Part shown: piece after piece, positions 13,917 through 28,622 of the stretch | Numbering within the stretch: the first letter of the stretch is position 1 | Layout: each line of letters begins with the position of its first letter | Assembly: GCA_012295275.1 (NCBI GenBank) | Contig: CM022666.1 | Coordinates: 2,480,001 to 2,544,000 of the forward strand | From: Chrysomallon squamiferum | Lineage: Eukaryota; Animalia; Mollusca | Direction of reading: 5' to 3' | DNA length: 64,000 nucleotides | Notes under the pieces: generated by a model | The model's database searches: none | What the model was told of the DNA's origin: nothing | What the model saw: the letters and a program-made list of their open reading frames with translations, nothing else | Position numbers and translations under genes: made by a program

Positions 13917-16073
13917 TTGTCTGTGTGTAAGTGTGTGTGTAGGTTTTAAATATGTAATAATATTATTAACTTTATGAGTATTTACAATCAAGTTTTAAAG
14001 CAAATATTTGACCAAATAATGAAAAATAATTTCTTCTTCAAAATAAACACTAATTTTTTTTTTTTTTTTTTTTCCTGCTCATGAAAAAATAAACAGAGAT
14101 ACATACAGGTGAAATTTTGCTCTCAGAATAATTATGATAAATAATGTTGTTCAGATTAACAATATAGATTTTTAATTTACACAGAATCATAGCAACAAGA
14201 AACTGATTATTAATAATTAAAAACAATGTCAATTTCTGAATACAGGAATTTGAGAATTTACACTTTAAAAAGTAAGTATTTTACATACTGTCGAGATTTC
14301 TGAATTTACACAATCACCACAACCAGAATCCTAGTACTTTTAATAATGAAAAAGGAAATTTTGAAAAGAAAAAATTTGAAAATTAACAAGTCTGAATTAT
14401 TTCACACTAAGAAAAAAAATGGATTTTAGAATTTATTCTTTTCTTTCACTATCATTATAATGTCCTCTGCTATGAAGCAGAACATGGTTTAGAAATATCT
14501 GTGTGTGCACTCAAGTGAAAAAAAGACATTATTGATGCGAAAAAGAAGGAAAAAATCAAAATTATTGGAGAAAATCTTTTATGTCTAATTGGTTCCTTCT
14601 GGTTTGTTACTTAAGCAGACACATGAAATTGAAGAAGAAGAAAAAAAAATAGCAAATTTACTGTTTGAAAGTATTTCGATAAAAATATTTTACATTTGAT
14701 ATGGATTTCAGAATTCTATGCATCATTAGAACTGGCCAATAAATGAATCTTAATTAAAAGAATATCAATTAAAAGTTTAAAAAAACAGCCGTAAAAACAC
14801 CCAACAACCAACATTTAAATGATTTAGTTTTTAAAAATCTATCTCACTCTTAATATTAAATAATAATAAAACTTATATAAATTTCAGAATTAACAATGGA
14901 AGGTATTGAAGTAAATATTTACTAAACAAAACAGGATTTGAAAATTTGTAATAAAATAAAATTTTGTTTTATTTTAAATAAACATTTACCAGAAACAAAC
15001 TAGATGTTAAAATTGATTATACATTAATTAAATATTAATTAACTTAAGAATTAAAAATTAAATAAATATATCAGGTTTAACATATTTTCTATACAGATGT
15101 AACTCAATTTATCTCTACTAACATTTTTGAAATCCAAACGTAAACAAATTTTTAAATTTTCTGTATCAAAACATATCAGAATTAATTAAAATCATTATTT
15201 AACATACAAAACTTGAATTCAGATCTGATATGTAATAACGTAACATCTGAATAAATTTCATAACAAGAAACGTCAAAATGTACTCTCTATATAATAAGAC
15301 ATTTATTTAAAAAATCAAATTAATAATAATAATAATTAAAAAAAAATCAAATAATAATAACAACAACAACAACAACAAGATCAACTGGATCTTAGAACTG
15401 CTATTGCATTTTAACAAATAAACAAGAACTAATTATGTAAAATACAATAAAACAATAATCAGTTTAAACTCGTTTTAATAAATAAAAAAATTATAAATGT
15501 CAGAATAAACCAGTCTTAGGTCTGAGACAAACTGGCAAGAACTGGTTCCTGCAATTCATAACTCATTAATGAAAAAAAAAAAAATGAAAAAAAAAACAAC
15601 AATAAATTAACAATATCTAAACATTATTTTTTTAAATCTACAAAATCGTGACTTCCATTTCGTCTTACCTCATTAGTAACCAGGTAACCACCACCTCGGA
15701 AACAAAAACGAAAAATCTGGCTACAGATATTATTTTTCCAAAGTTTCTACCACTCAACTGTAACCATTAAAGCCAACCAAGTGAATAACAATGCTTGCTT
15801 TTGTCACCGCTGACTCTACAAAGCAAGATGAACAGCGGTGGAAAATCAAATTAGCTTGGAACCACCCACACAAGTGCGTTTTACCAAGCGACATTCAGCC
15901 TGCAATATCATCATTCTGACAAACCGCACACTGGCCAAGGAAAGATTGGCCAAAGAAAAAAGAAAAAAAAAAGAGCAAATATTGTTACAAGACTGGGAGA
16001 CTGGAGTTTCCATGAAATATTTCGATTTAAGCTAATCTCCTTGGAAAAGACCAGTCGTGTGTGTATTTTTTCA

Positions 16074-16119
<46 letters not shown>

Positions 16120-16234
16120 CCATTTTCATGTGTTTGTTTTTCTTTCTCTATATTTATTTCATTTTGTATTTTTTTTCTCTCTTTCTTCATCTCTATTTCC
16201 TTCATATTTTTTTTCTTTTTAACCTTATCTTTCA

Positions 16235-16342
16235 ATCTCTTTCTTTCCATTTCTTCTCTCTCTCTCTCTTTCTTTTCTTCCTCTCTCTCTCTCTTCCCTC
16301 TTTCTTTCTGTCTCTCTCTCTCTCTCTCTTCCCTTTGTTTTG

Positions 16343-16399
<57 letters not shown>

Positions 16400-16438
16400 T
16401 CCTCTTTTTCTCTCTCTGTCTGTCTGTCTGTTTCTCTG

Positions 16439-16531
<93 letters not shown>

Positions 16532-16532
16532 T

Positions 16533-16591
<59 letters not shown>

Positions 16592-16610
16592 GTCAGTCTC
16601 TGTCTCTCCG
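16235..16610. repeat. (CT)n polypyrimidine microsatellite
   Basis: Directly visible. Confidence 0.95.
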
Positions 16611-17045
16611 CCTCTACCTCTGTCTGTTATGTAAGTGAATGACAGAAGCTGTCAGAAATGAGCTGGGTGCAATACACGGGTTTTCAGAAGTAATTGCTGT
16701 GATTATGGGATGAGCTAAGCTTGCAGTACTTAATCAGTGTCACAGTCGATACAATTAGTCCTCTCGCATTATCAGATGTTCGCTGTAATTCCATCATTAA
16801 ATGCTTTTGTTTAAAGAAATCGTTGAATAATGGACAATTCCGCAGCGAAAATCAACTCTGACAAGAAGCATGATGAGTGAATCGGAACATCGGTGATAAA
16901 TTTTGTTTCTTTATTTCCCAATCAAACCAAGAAATTTTTAATTTTTTTTTTTTTTTAATAACTTGTTATTGGGACCATGTTTTTTTTTTGTAGCTCTTTC
17001 TGTGTCTCTGTGTGTCTGTGTGTGTTGTGTCGTGTGTGTGTGTGT

Positions 17046-17079
<34 letters not shown>

Positions 17080-18125
17080 CTGTGTGTGTGTGTGTCATTG
17101 TGTGTTTGTCTCTGTGTGTGTGTCTGTGTGTGTGTGTGTGTCTGTGTGTTTGTGTGTCATTGTGTGTGTCATTGTGTGTGTGTGTATGTGTGTGTGTGTG
17201 TGTGTGTGTGTCTCTGTGTGTGTGTGTGTCTGTGTGTGTGTCTGTGTTGAAAGTGAATGAATGACTATGTATTATGTATGTGTCTGTTTATGAGTGAATG
17301 TGTGTGTGTGTGCACATTTATGTGGACATGCATGCATGGCTGTGTCTTGAACATGGTTATATCTGTATCATTATAATATTATACAAACAATTTTCACTAT
17401 ATGACATTTTTTTCTTTATTCTTTTATCATTTTATACAGAACACTTTTTATCCCGATACTGAAATTTGAAGATTTTGTTGCAAATTTCCTTTGAAGCACA
17501 CCAACATAAATTGTAACAAAACATATTACAAAAATTTTGTTTCACAAATTTATTATAAAAATAAAGGCTCCAAAATATTATTAATAACCTTTTTAGGATG
17601 AATTTATTATTACCCTTAAGCTTAAAAAAATATACTCAAACGTATCAACGTTATGTTAAAGTATTCGTTTGTATGTCCCTAGTGTTTTAAACATCGTCAA
17701 ATTTCGTAAAATCTTTGTTGACTGCAACTGCTACACCTACTTTGTTGCATATTTATGACATGAGTATTAGGTTCGACAGATTATTATCTCAGATCTGCAC
17801 ACAGAATTTAATAAGACTGATAATAATCTCATATCAAATTAATACAAAATCGAAATCCAACATCATTTTCATATTTCTTGAAAATTAATTATGTCTGTAT
17901 GTGTGAATTGTGTATTTGTATGTGTATGCATAAATGTATGTGTGTATATGAGTATGAGTGTTTATGTGTGAGTGTGTTTGTGTATGTGTGTGTGAGTATG
18001 TCTCTGTGTGTGTCTGTGTGTATGTCTGTGTGTGTGTGTTTATATATGTGTATGTGTGTGTATATGAGTGTGAGTGTTTATGTGTGAGAGTGTGTGTTGT
18101 GTGTGTGTGTGTGTCTGTGTGTGTA

Positions 18126-18165
<40 letters not shown>

Positions 18166-18544
18166 TATGTGTGTACTTTAATACTCTATTAATGGAGCAG
18201 TTGAAACATGAAACACTGAAAGGCTCTGGCATTCTAAATGTGAGATTTTGAAACATAAACTAACCTCATTGATTCTGCAAACAGTGCATTATTACAGACT
18301 TAACACATCAATAATGGAGTAATAACGCTTGGAACAGAAGACGATAAATGGCACCACTGTTCTTATTAGATACTTGATGAGCCAATAATGTAAATTAATG
18401 GTTGGATTGGGAAATAATGTGATGGTCCCAGTCTCCTAAACAAAATTTAATACAAATTTGATACACCAATAAGAAATAAATAAATAGTTTCTCTCACTGG
18501 GACACCATCTTTTAAATAATTAGTTACATTATAAGTAAAATAAT

Positions 18545-19037
18545 AATTATGTAGGTTGGAATGTGAAAAACCAGAACCACATTCTTAACTTTATTACTTT
18601 TTTTTTTTTTATAAAATAAAACAAATCAAAGAAATTAATTAACATATATCTTATCACAGTATCTCTTCAAATATGAGTTTGTTTGTAAAGAAACATTAAA
18701 TTAAGATATAATTAAGAAGTACTGTAGGTTGGAATGTGAAAAAACCAGAACCACACTATTAACTTTCATACTTATAAAAAAAAAAAAAATAATAATAATA
18801 AATAAAATTAATGAATTAACATACATCTCTTCAATATGAGTTTGTTTGTAAAGAAACGCTAAATCAAAACTTGAATTTAGGACTTATACAGGTCGGAACG
18901 TGAAAAACCAAAACCACACTATTAACTTTCATACATTTTTCTTAAGCACAAAACACAAACTCAAAAGAAATGAATTCAAACAGAAACAAACATTAAATTA
19001 AAACACCTGTATTAGGAGTAATACAGTTTGGAACGTG

Positions 19038-19045
<8 letters not shown>
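18545..19045. repeat. Diverged tandem repeat of a ~140-170 bp unit, about 4 copies
   Basis: GGTTGGAAYGTGAAAAACCAGAACCACA anchors at ~18553, 18726, 18891 and 19027. Confidence 0.85.
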
Positions 19046-19076
<31 letters not shown>

Positions 19077-19599
19077 ACTACAAAAAAACCATCAACAACT
19101 AAAGAGAATCATTTCAACAATGTGCTACCAGACACCAGACACCAGACAGTGACCACAATGGCCAGCTAATCTACACCATATTGATCTGCTGCCATCTGAT
19201 TCATAAATCGTGTAAGAAACTTGACAATTTCATCAAGGAAAAGTCAGAGGTCTCTGTGTTTGCACAGCCATGTTAACCCGTACTTCAGTGCAATGCTAAG
19301 CACCCAGGATGTAGACATATTTAGGGGGATGAATGCCTTATGGATTGATGGCTTCTGCGACTTTAATATCAAAGCTAATTTATTTTTCTATAACGATATA
19401 GTCGAGAGTGGGGCGACGCTAGGAATCTGTTTTTAGATCTCAAAGTAGACCGATTATGAAATGAATGAATGAATGAATGAATGAATGAGTGAGTGAATGG
19501 GTGAATGAATGAATGAATATTTACCAACACCTCAGTGTATTTGAATATGCACAACAACAAGGTCTCTTTGGTGTAATGTTTTAATGCTACAAAGGCCAC

Positions 19600-19910
19600 T
19601 CTTACCAGTTAGCAGCAAGATCATTTTTTTAGTTACACCTACCCATAGACAGTAATGCACTTACAATCAAAATGGAGCACAACTCGATAATGGTTTACTA
19701 GCAAGATCTTTTTCTTTCTTACACCTACTCACAGACAGTAATGCACTTACATCCAAGATGGGACACAACTCGATAACATACAGTTAGCAGGAAGATATTT
19801 TTTACTTACACCTACCCACAGACAGTAATGCACTTATATCCAAAATGGGACACAACTCGACAACATATGGTTAGCAGAAAGGGTTCTTTTATATGTCTCA
19901 TCCCAACAAC
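19600..19910 (-). repeat. Tandem array (~3.5 x ~85 bp) of the SINE core
   Basis: Repeated GTTAGCAGCAAGAT...TTACACCTACCCACAGACAGTAATGCACTTAC...GGGACACAACTCGA. Confidence 0.8.
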
Positions 19911-20145
19911 TATTGAGCTGCCTAATTCATCATCTGTTATTCCTAAGACTATTGGAAGTGATTAAAAGAACTCTTGCTTGCAGGCAAGTGAAATTATCAC
20001 TGTATGTGGCAGCTCCAGCAGATTTTCTTTTTCAAAGATTGATCACATGGGTGGCACCTAACACTTTTGGTTTACCTGTTTAGGTGCTGTTAAGTTTTTA
20101 TTTGTTGAGGAAAGGTTAGAGGAAAATAAGAAAACAAAAACTTAC

Positions 20146-20226
20146 CTGAAAACTGTGATTTATGTTCTTAGTGCTGCATTCTGCTACGCTTAGGTTAGTC
20201 AGATCAATTTCATCAAAAACCACAGA
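20146..20226 (-). CDS. DGKH: DGK coding exon 4 (81 nt, [27 protein letters not shown])
   Basis: ttttgttttcacag|TCT...CAG|gtaagt; 27 codons; matches the DGKH/DGKD SxIFDEVDLxDASVAExSTKNxNNSF segment. Confidence 0.94.
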
Positions 20227-21219
20227 CTGTGAAAACAAAAATATGTACTTGTTTAATAGTAATAATATTAATAATAATAATAGTAGTAACAATGATAATA
20301 AGTAATAGTAGTAAGGTTAATAATGTTAATAATGATAACTGTAACAACAATCACAATAATAATAGTAATGATAACTAACAATAATAAATAATAAATAAAA
20401 AAATATATATATATATATAAATAAATAAATAAATAATAGTAATAAAATAAAATATACAAAATATGTAATTACAGAAACAAGATAATATCTTCAAATGGCC
20501 CAAATATATTATATATTCTTTTATTTTTCACAGCAAACTTTGCTAATAATAAAGTATATCAATAAAATAACAACGAAAGGAAATGCAATTTCAGTTTCAG
20601 TGTTAAAACAGTCAAAACAAAAATATACAAACAGAAACAATCTTACATTATGTGTTTAAAAAATAATTATATAAAATGTTGCAGTCACAGAAAAAAAATT
20701 ATCAAAAAATAAAAATACAAATACAAAATTTATAAAAAATTAATAAAAGAAAAAATAAATTAAATTAAAATAAAAATAAAAATAAATAAATAAAGCAAAC
20801 CACTGAAAATCATAATAAATTACTCATTAAATAAATAAATAAATAAATTAATTAAGAACAGCAGAAAAAAAAAAAAAAAAAAAACAGATTTTGTTAAAAA
20901 TTGTATCAATCACTAAAACCAGAAGAAATCGAGAAAATCGTCAAATATTCACCACAGTCACACATAAGGTCCCGAAATCATCAAGCAAACGATGTAAAGA
21001 GGCTGATATCAGAGTGGAAAATCATGCATAATTAAGCAGTGTCTGCGATGCTGACGTAGTGGAGAAGTTGATAAAGTCTTAGAGGAGCTAAACACTGTGA
21101 ATGTTAAATATGGACGTCAGTGCCTGGGACTGAAGAGTTGGGATTATTCGCGTCCAATCTATCATCCCACAGAATGAATCAATCAGCACAGCCTGCTCAC
21201 TCCAATCAATCAGGATGTC

Positions 21220-21398
21220 GTGTGTGTGTGTGTGTGTGTGTGTGTATCTGTGTGTCTGTGTGTGTATGTGTGTCTGTGTGTCTGTGTCTGTGTGTGTGTG
21301 TGTGTGTCTGTGTGTGTGTCTGTGTGTGTTTGTGTATTTGTGTGTGTGTGTGTGTGTGTTTGTGTCTGTTGTGTGTGTGTGTGTGTCTGTGTGTGTGT

Positions 21399-21487
<89 letters not shown>

Positions 21488-21572
21488 TGTGTGTGTGTCT
21501 GTCTGTGTGTGTGTCTGTGTGTCTATCTGTGTGTGTGTGTGTGTGTGTCTGTGTCTGTGTGTCTATCATGAC

Positions 21573-21614
<42 letters not shown>

Positions 21615-21643
21615 TGTGGAACTGTGTGTGTGTGTGTCTGTGT

Positions 21644-21690
<47 letters not shown>

Positions 21691-21764
21691 TGTGTGTGTG
21701 TGTGAGTATGTGTGTGTGTGTGTGTGTGTGTGTTTCTGTTTGTGTGTGTGTGTGTATGTGTGTA

Positions 21765-21800
<36 letters not shown>

Positions 21801-21970
21801 TGAATCTGTATGTGTGTGTATGTCTGTGTATGTGTGTATGTATGTGTGTGTGTGTATGTGTGTGACTATGTGTTTGTGTCTGTGTGAATGTGTTTATGTG
21901 TTGTGTGTGTGTCTGTATGTTTCTGTTTCTGTGTGTGTGTGTTTGTGTATATGTGTGTATGTGTGTGTGT
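21220..21970. repeat. Long imperfect (GT)n microsatellite
   Basis: Directly visible; many shorter (GT/CA)n tracts occur elsewhere in the window. Confidence 0.96.
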
Positions 21971-22376
21971 AACTGTTTATATATGATATTTCTGCATATG
22001 AGTATGTATGTAACTTTGTTGTATGTAATATCTGTTTGTATGTATATATTTTAAAAGTAGTTTAGGTAGGCAGGATTGTGTATATGTGCATGTTTGAGAG
22101 ATCTTTGTATGTATATATGAATATACATAAGCATGTTCATATTATATAATAACAGTGTATTTTGGTTTTTGAGTAACTTTCCATGTATGTATGTGTGTAT
22201 ATTTTATACATAATCATGTGTATGTATCTGTTACATCTATGTATGTATATGTTAGTGATAACAGATATATACAGGACTGTCTGTAGGTATGTGTCTGTAA
22301 CAATGTGTGTAGTGTGTATGTATGTGTGTCTGTGTTTCCATGACTGTGTGTCTTTCTGTATATTTATGAAAGCATC

Positions 22377-22407
<31 letters not shown>

Positions 22408-22934
22408 AACAACAGAAATCATTCCTTATAAGCTTAAATAAAATACAGATTGGAAATAATTATATATACTTTTAACGAAAGCTTGCACACATAACAGCAC
22501 ACACTCAGATGTACACATAAATGCTGACATGCACAAACACACGCACACACTGAAAAATTAATTTTTAAAATTCATAAAAAGTTTTGTTCTGTAATGAAAA
22601 TCTGAAGAGCGTAGTTTTGTATGTTACAAGAAAGGAGATTACGTGTGGGTGTAATATTAACAGTATTACTTATGTGGAATAAGCTTAACATTTAATTAAT
22701 TTGATAATGGAATAAAAATTAATTTCGTGATTGGAGCTTTTATTCTTCAATCCCTTGCATTTCTTCTTTTTTATTTTTTTTTTTTAATAATAATAATAAT
22801 AATAATAATAACAACAACAACAACAACAGTAATAATATTAATCATAAGAATAAAAATATTTTTATTATTATTATTATTCTGTTTTATATATTTTTATAAT
22901 TTTGCTTGTTTCACTGCACAAGCACACACACTCA

Positions 22935-22983
<49 letters not shown>

Positions 22984-23072
22984 CACACACACACACAAAC
23001 AACACATACACAAACACACACACACACCACACACACAACACTCTCACACACAACACACACACACTCACACAC

Positions 23073-23147
<75 letters not shown>

Positions 23148-23542
23148 CCATTATAATGTCCTCTCTTACAGAACAGAACGTAATTATGGTTTAGGAACAT
23201 CACTGTGTACAGTGAAGTAAAAAAGCAATTATTGATGCAAAAAAAAAATAAAGAAAAATCAACATTATTGGAGAAATTCTCACTTATGTCTAATTGGTTC
23301 TTGCTGGTTTGTTAAAGCGAAAAAAAAAAAATTAAAAATTAAAAAGAAGAAGGAGAAAAAAAAAAGAAGAAGAAGAAGAAGAAAAAAGAAAAACTTAATA
23401 ATAATAAAAAGATTAATAATCGTTAGGATAGATATTTAATAAAGTGGTATCATGTGACTGTATTTAAACATTATGTCATAGAAAATCCTTGCAGAGCATG
23501 CACGCTCATACATGCAACACATAAACACACACACACACACAC

Positions 23543-23615
<73 letters not shown>

Positions 23616-24279
23616 CAAATAATCTATCTTTATGAAAATCACTGCATTCAGTACAGTACAAACTAAAACCTTCACCAGATGTCAGAGAATGAACAGTCTC
23701 TGTCCTGCTGCATTTTATTATAAACAGTATGATGATGATAAAAGAGCAATATCATTCTACCACAGCTTTTATCTAGCAATTAACTGCATGAATTTTTTTT
23801 TTTATTAACATTCCCACGAAAAGGATGATTTAGAAGAAGAATAAATCGCATGCCTCCTAATCTTTTCTGCTGTTTTAGCAGCAAATAATTTGATCAGTGT
23901 ACCTTTCCGGGAAATAATATATATATATAAAAAAAAAAATTACTTCTGAGACACTGGCAAGAATGGGAAAAAGCCCAATGGATGCAGCCTTTATTTAATC
24001 ATCACAATATTCTGAATAATGTGAATACTGTGCCGTGACATTCACCTGAAATTAAACTGGTTTTATTTTATGGATCCTCAGTTTAATACTTTATGGATCA
24101 TCAAATTAATACTGTATAAATCATTGATTTAATAACAGTAAGCACATACTTACTGACATTAAGAATCTAGTGGGTCTTTGCAAAGCAGGTAATATTATTG
24201 AATTTCACTTAGATCCAATTAAGGTTCAAGTTTTCATTTTAGCATGCAATTTTCTCCAGCAGTGAGAGCCTTGTTTTAA

Positions 24280-24327
<48 letters not shown>

Positions 24328-24687
24328 ATTCTGGAAAATATAAATAAATATTTGCTTATATATTTCTTTATTGTACCAACATCTTCACCAGAAAGAATAA
24401 AAAAAGTGAATTATTTGTTTAATAATTTCATGAATAAGTACAAAAATGTCAACAACCATTTGCAACTCAATGGGCTACAATCATCAAGAATAAAAATCTA
24501 CATTTAAAATATTTATGTATATGTCTGTGTGCATGTGTGTTTGTGTATGTGTGTGTGTGTGTGTATATATATATATTCATAAATCAAATTTTCTTTAATA
24601 CTCTCTTTACATCTTCATAAACAAAACATTATGCTAAAAACAAATATTTTAATATCTTCAATGATGGAAAATTAAACAATATTCACT

Positions 24688-24925
24688 AACAGTCACTACT
24701 CTTAAACAATCTTAATGAACAGTCATTACTCTTAAACTATCTTCACAAAGTCACTACTCTTAAACTATCTTCACGGACAGTCACTACTCTTAAACAATCT
24801 TCATTAAAAGTCACTACTCTTAAGCAATCTTCACGAACAGTCACTACTCTTAAGCAATCTTCATTAAAAGTCACTACTCTTAAGCAATCTTCACGAACAG
24901 TCACTACTCTTAAATGATCTTCACA
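24688..24925. repeat. 30-bp minisatellite (AGTCACTACTCTTAARCAATCTTCAYNAAM)n with 60-bp dimer structure
   Basis: About 8 units, alternating ...ttcattaaaag and ...ttcacgaacag ends. Confidence 0.93.
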
Positions 24926-27339
24926 AAACAACCGTTTCTCTTCAATTCTCAAAAAATCTTTTCGAGAGCCAACAATTAAGCTGCGAAATGACATCTCATT
25001 ATGATCAAACATTGAGGTCAGCTTGAGACCGCAGCTCTTCGGAGGCCTGCCTGCCTGCCTGCCTGCCTGCTTCTTGTGAATTTGATTTATTAGAGCAAAT
25101 TGTACACAAAACGCAGCTAAAGAAACAGAAGCCACATGATGTCAATTAACCTTTAAGAAACTGGTGGCCAAATCCTTTCACTGCCTTTGCCCGCCGCCGT
25201 TAAACCGAATGCTCTGAAGATTACCTTTTCTTCCTGCTGTTAATTTCCATTTGGCATTCCTAAGCAAATATTATTGCTGGTCATTTTGTGTGTGTTTGTG
25301 TGTTTTCACACATCATGGTAACAGAATTTACAGAAGTGTGGTATTTATTTGAATGGTGACTCTGTTTTGTTTTTTATAGCTAAAACGTGAAGATAGGCAA
25401 ATGAAGATACGAACTTGAAGTAACTGATGAAAACCTGTGTAAATGTTTTTTTTTTTTTTTTTTTAAATTTAAATTTTAACACAGTTGTAGATTTAGGTAC
25501 CATGCAAATCTCAATCTCTGATTGAATATCAAATATTTCAAAAAATTTTCAAATTGAGTTTAATTTTGAATCTTGAAATACTTTGCAGAATAATAAAGTA
25601 TATCACAAACAGCTGATGAAGGAAGAGTCAGCTGAGTAATAGAAATTAGAAAAACAATAAAAATATCCACTGCATTCAGTGTATGTATGGTGATTAACAT
25701 AACTACACAAAGCTGAAATTTTAATAATAAGCAGCTGATCAGCAAACCAAAAAAATATCTATAACAACACTATTATTTGGTTAATATGAATTTCATCTTA
25801 AAATTATTATTATTATTATTTTTTTTTTTCATTTTGTTTATTGTTTATTAATGTGGATGGGTTGGGTCCATTGTTTGCCTCTCTTTCTCTAATTGTCTGT
25901 GCATTGTAATACGTGAAATTCTAAATACACTAAAACTGATTCTAAACTTTGTGATGGTTCCAAACTGAACTGAATATTCAGTGAAATATATACACCCTTA
26001 CTGCTAAATGTCTCTTCTGTGTGAACATCACTCCCAGTATCATATGGGAACTTTCAAAATAGATTAAAATAAACAAAATAAATAATTAAGAACTGATATT
26101 ACCAAACGTATGGCAACATCCAAAATATATTAAAATAAAGAAAATAAATAACTGGGAATCGATATTACCAAACATGTGGCAATTTTCAAAATGTATTAAA
26201 ATAAACAAAATAAATATCTAAGAATTGATATAATTAACCCATAATCTTCACAGCCGCCAACTTCAAAAGGAAACACAGGTAGTTTACCTCAATGCACCTG
26301 TACAACTGTCAGAGTACATTAACTTTACAGCTTACTATAAGAGGCTTCCTTTGACTGTCAGTGTTAATTACCTCAATATATATATATATATATAATTTTT
26401 TTTTTTTTATTATTCCTGAACCATTCTCAAAATGATAAAGATCAAAGACAGAAATAATACTATTTGATGCCTTTTACCTCCAAACTGGACAGAATATCTC
26501 AAAAAACTTTGGAAACATGCCAAGTACCGACTGATCACAGATTATAATTGGAACTACACATTCAGATGAAGGAATGACTGTTTAAAATGGACATCATGAC
26601 GTTAAGGATTGTTAGACATTAGCTATGTTGTTTTTTTTTTTTTTTTTTTTTTTAAATAAAGATTGTGATATGAGAGATGAATTCCTTTTCTATAGCAAAA
26701 TTGGGCTAATTTCAAAAAGAAAAAAAATTAGAAAAGCACCATATTTAAAAAAAAAAGAAAACAGATACAACTACTAGTACAGGTAGAATAGTAGCAGCAA
26801 CAGTAACATCAATAGTACTACTAGTATTGGTGATGGTGATTAGATGATGGTTGTTGTTGGGGTAGTGGTAGTGGAAACAACTGCACTGGCAGCTGTAGTA
26901 TTACCAGAACTACTAGTAGTAGTGGTAGTGGAAACTATCATTAATAGGAGTAGAAGAAACAGTAAGTGGTAGAACTATAGCAGTAGTAGTATCAGTAATT
27001 GTAACAAGAATAGTTATAGCAGCAGTAATCATAATAGTAATAGTGTTAGTAATGCTAAAATATAAATTGCCAACTCTGTTCTGCAGACTATAAAAGAAAT
27101 AACAATAAGTATTTTCCAATGATTTGTTAACAACCATACTGATAATGGGCCACTTAAAAAACCTAGATCAGTGATTACAAATAAATAATAAAATAAATAA
27201 ATAAATAAATAAATAAATAAATAGATAAATAAACCATATTGAACTAAGCCAAGTGTCTTGGACATTATACCAAATTCTGTCTATGTGCCTTAATTCAGCA
27301 ATGCTTTAGGCATGTTTGTCTTTTAACTGGATTTTGGAG

Positions 27340-27520
27340 AAAATCACTTCAGCTACAAATGGACTGTGGGTTCAGTTCTGGCTGTTTCTTTGAATAATTT
27401 TCCAGTCTCACCATTATTCAATGATTATTCATTCATAGGCTCAACGTACATTGTTCTGTTTACGGGAAGGTGCATAAAATGATTTTCTTATTGCTAATCT
27501 CTGCTTACAGTCCATAATGT
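27340..27520 (+). mobile_element. SINE fragment of the same family
   Basis: CTGTTTACGGGAAGGTGCATAAAA...TTATTGCTAATC at 27456-27499 matches the core at 42747. Confidence 0.55.
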
Positions 27521-27717
27521 GGAATAATCCAGTGAACAAAACTAAGATTTGATTTGACAGAGGCTCTTTGCCACTGAGATTAAAACCTGGTTCATGTATG
27601 ACACCTCAGATCTGAAATAATGATGATTAATTTGTTTTTATCCTAATCTGCAAATACATTTTCGTCTGAAGATAAGTTTTCTTTGACAAAAAAAAAAAAA
27701 TTAATAATAAATAAAAG

Positions 27718-27870
27718 AAAAGAAAATAATTTTAGATAACAATGGACTGCAGAGATGTAGAAATTCTCTAGAAAATAATTTCAGACAACAACAATCTGTA
27801 GAGATGTAGAAATTCTCGAGAAAATAATTTCAGAAAACAATAATCTGTGGAGTTACAGAAATTCTAGTTT
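27718..27870. repeat. ~49-bp tandem repeat, 3 copies
   Basis: AGAAAATAATTTYAGA...GTAGAAATTCT repeated. Confidence 0.85.
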
Positions 27871-28562
27871 AAAAATGAATCAAAAAAAAAACTGAAAATA
27901 AATAAAATTAACAAAATAAAAAAAAAAATAAAATTTAAAAATTAAAACAAATAAACAAACAAAAATCCATAACTTAACAGAAAAAAAATCAGGCATGCCA
28001 TACCTTAAAAATAATCAATCTTTGGTTCTAAAAAAAGAAAAGCAACAAAACGAATTTAAAAAAATATATATAAAAACAAAACTAAAATTTATTTTAAAAA
28101 AAATATCCAAACTAAACTCAATTCTTGAACTAAAATAATAAAAAATAAAAAAAAATAAAAAAACCTATAACATTTACTCAAATACACCTTGGTACTCTAG
28201 AAATACATAACACATCGCAGACAAAGCTAGGAACAAACATTGCCAAAAAATGTCATACACCAACAAAACGTTAAAAAAAAAAAAAAAAAAAAATTATATA
28301 CATTATTATTATTATTATTGTTTCATTCTTGCAAATTCTTTTCTCTTTTGACAGATGAGAATGCAGTGTCCCTGGTCTGAAATCTGGCAACACAATGTGT
28401 CAAAATGTCATCGGCTGTTTGCGATTCACCTTGGGACATCTCACACTGAGTGAAACGGAAATTGAAAAGTCGGTGACCACTGGTGTTATTGCCAGCCTTG
28501 TGTCACAATGACGTCATCAACGTTGGGGCCGAAGCTGCTGGTAATTAGAGACATCTTTTGTA

Positions 28563-28622
<60 letters not shown>

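Noticed and set aside
1-20145. Next DGK exon (expected VITPFR...LCA...EMExW)
   Set aside because: Not found by eye; it probably lies beyond the left edge. TBLASTN with a DGK eta protein would confirm.
24743-25135. 130-aa ORF with EDCLRVVT repeats
   Set aside because: The open frame results from the 30-bp minisatellite; it has a non-ATG start and no family match.
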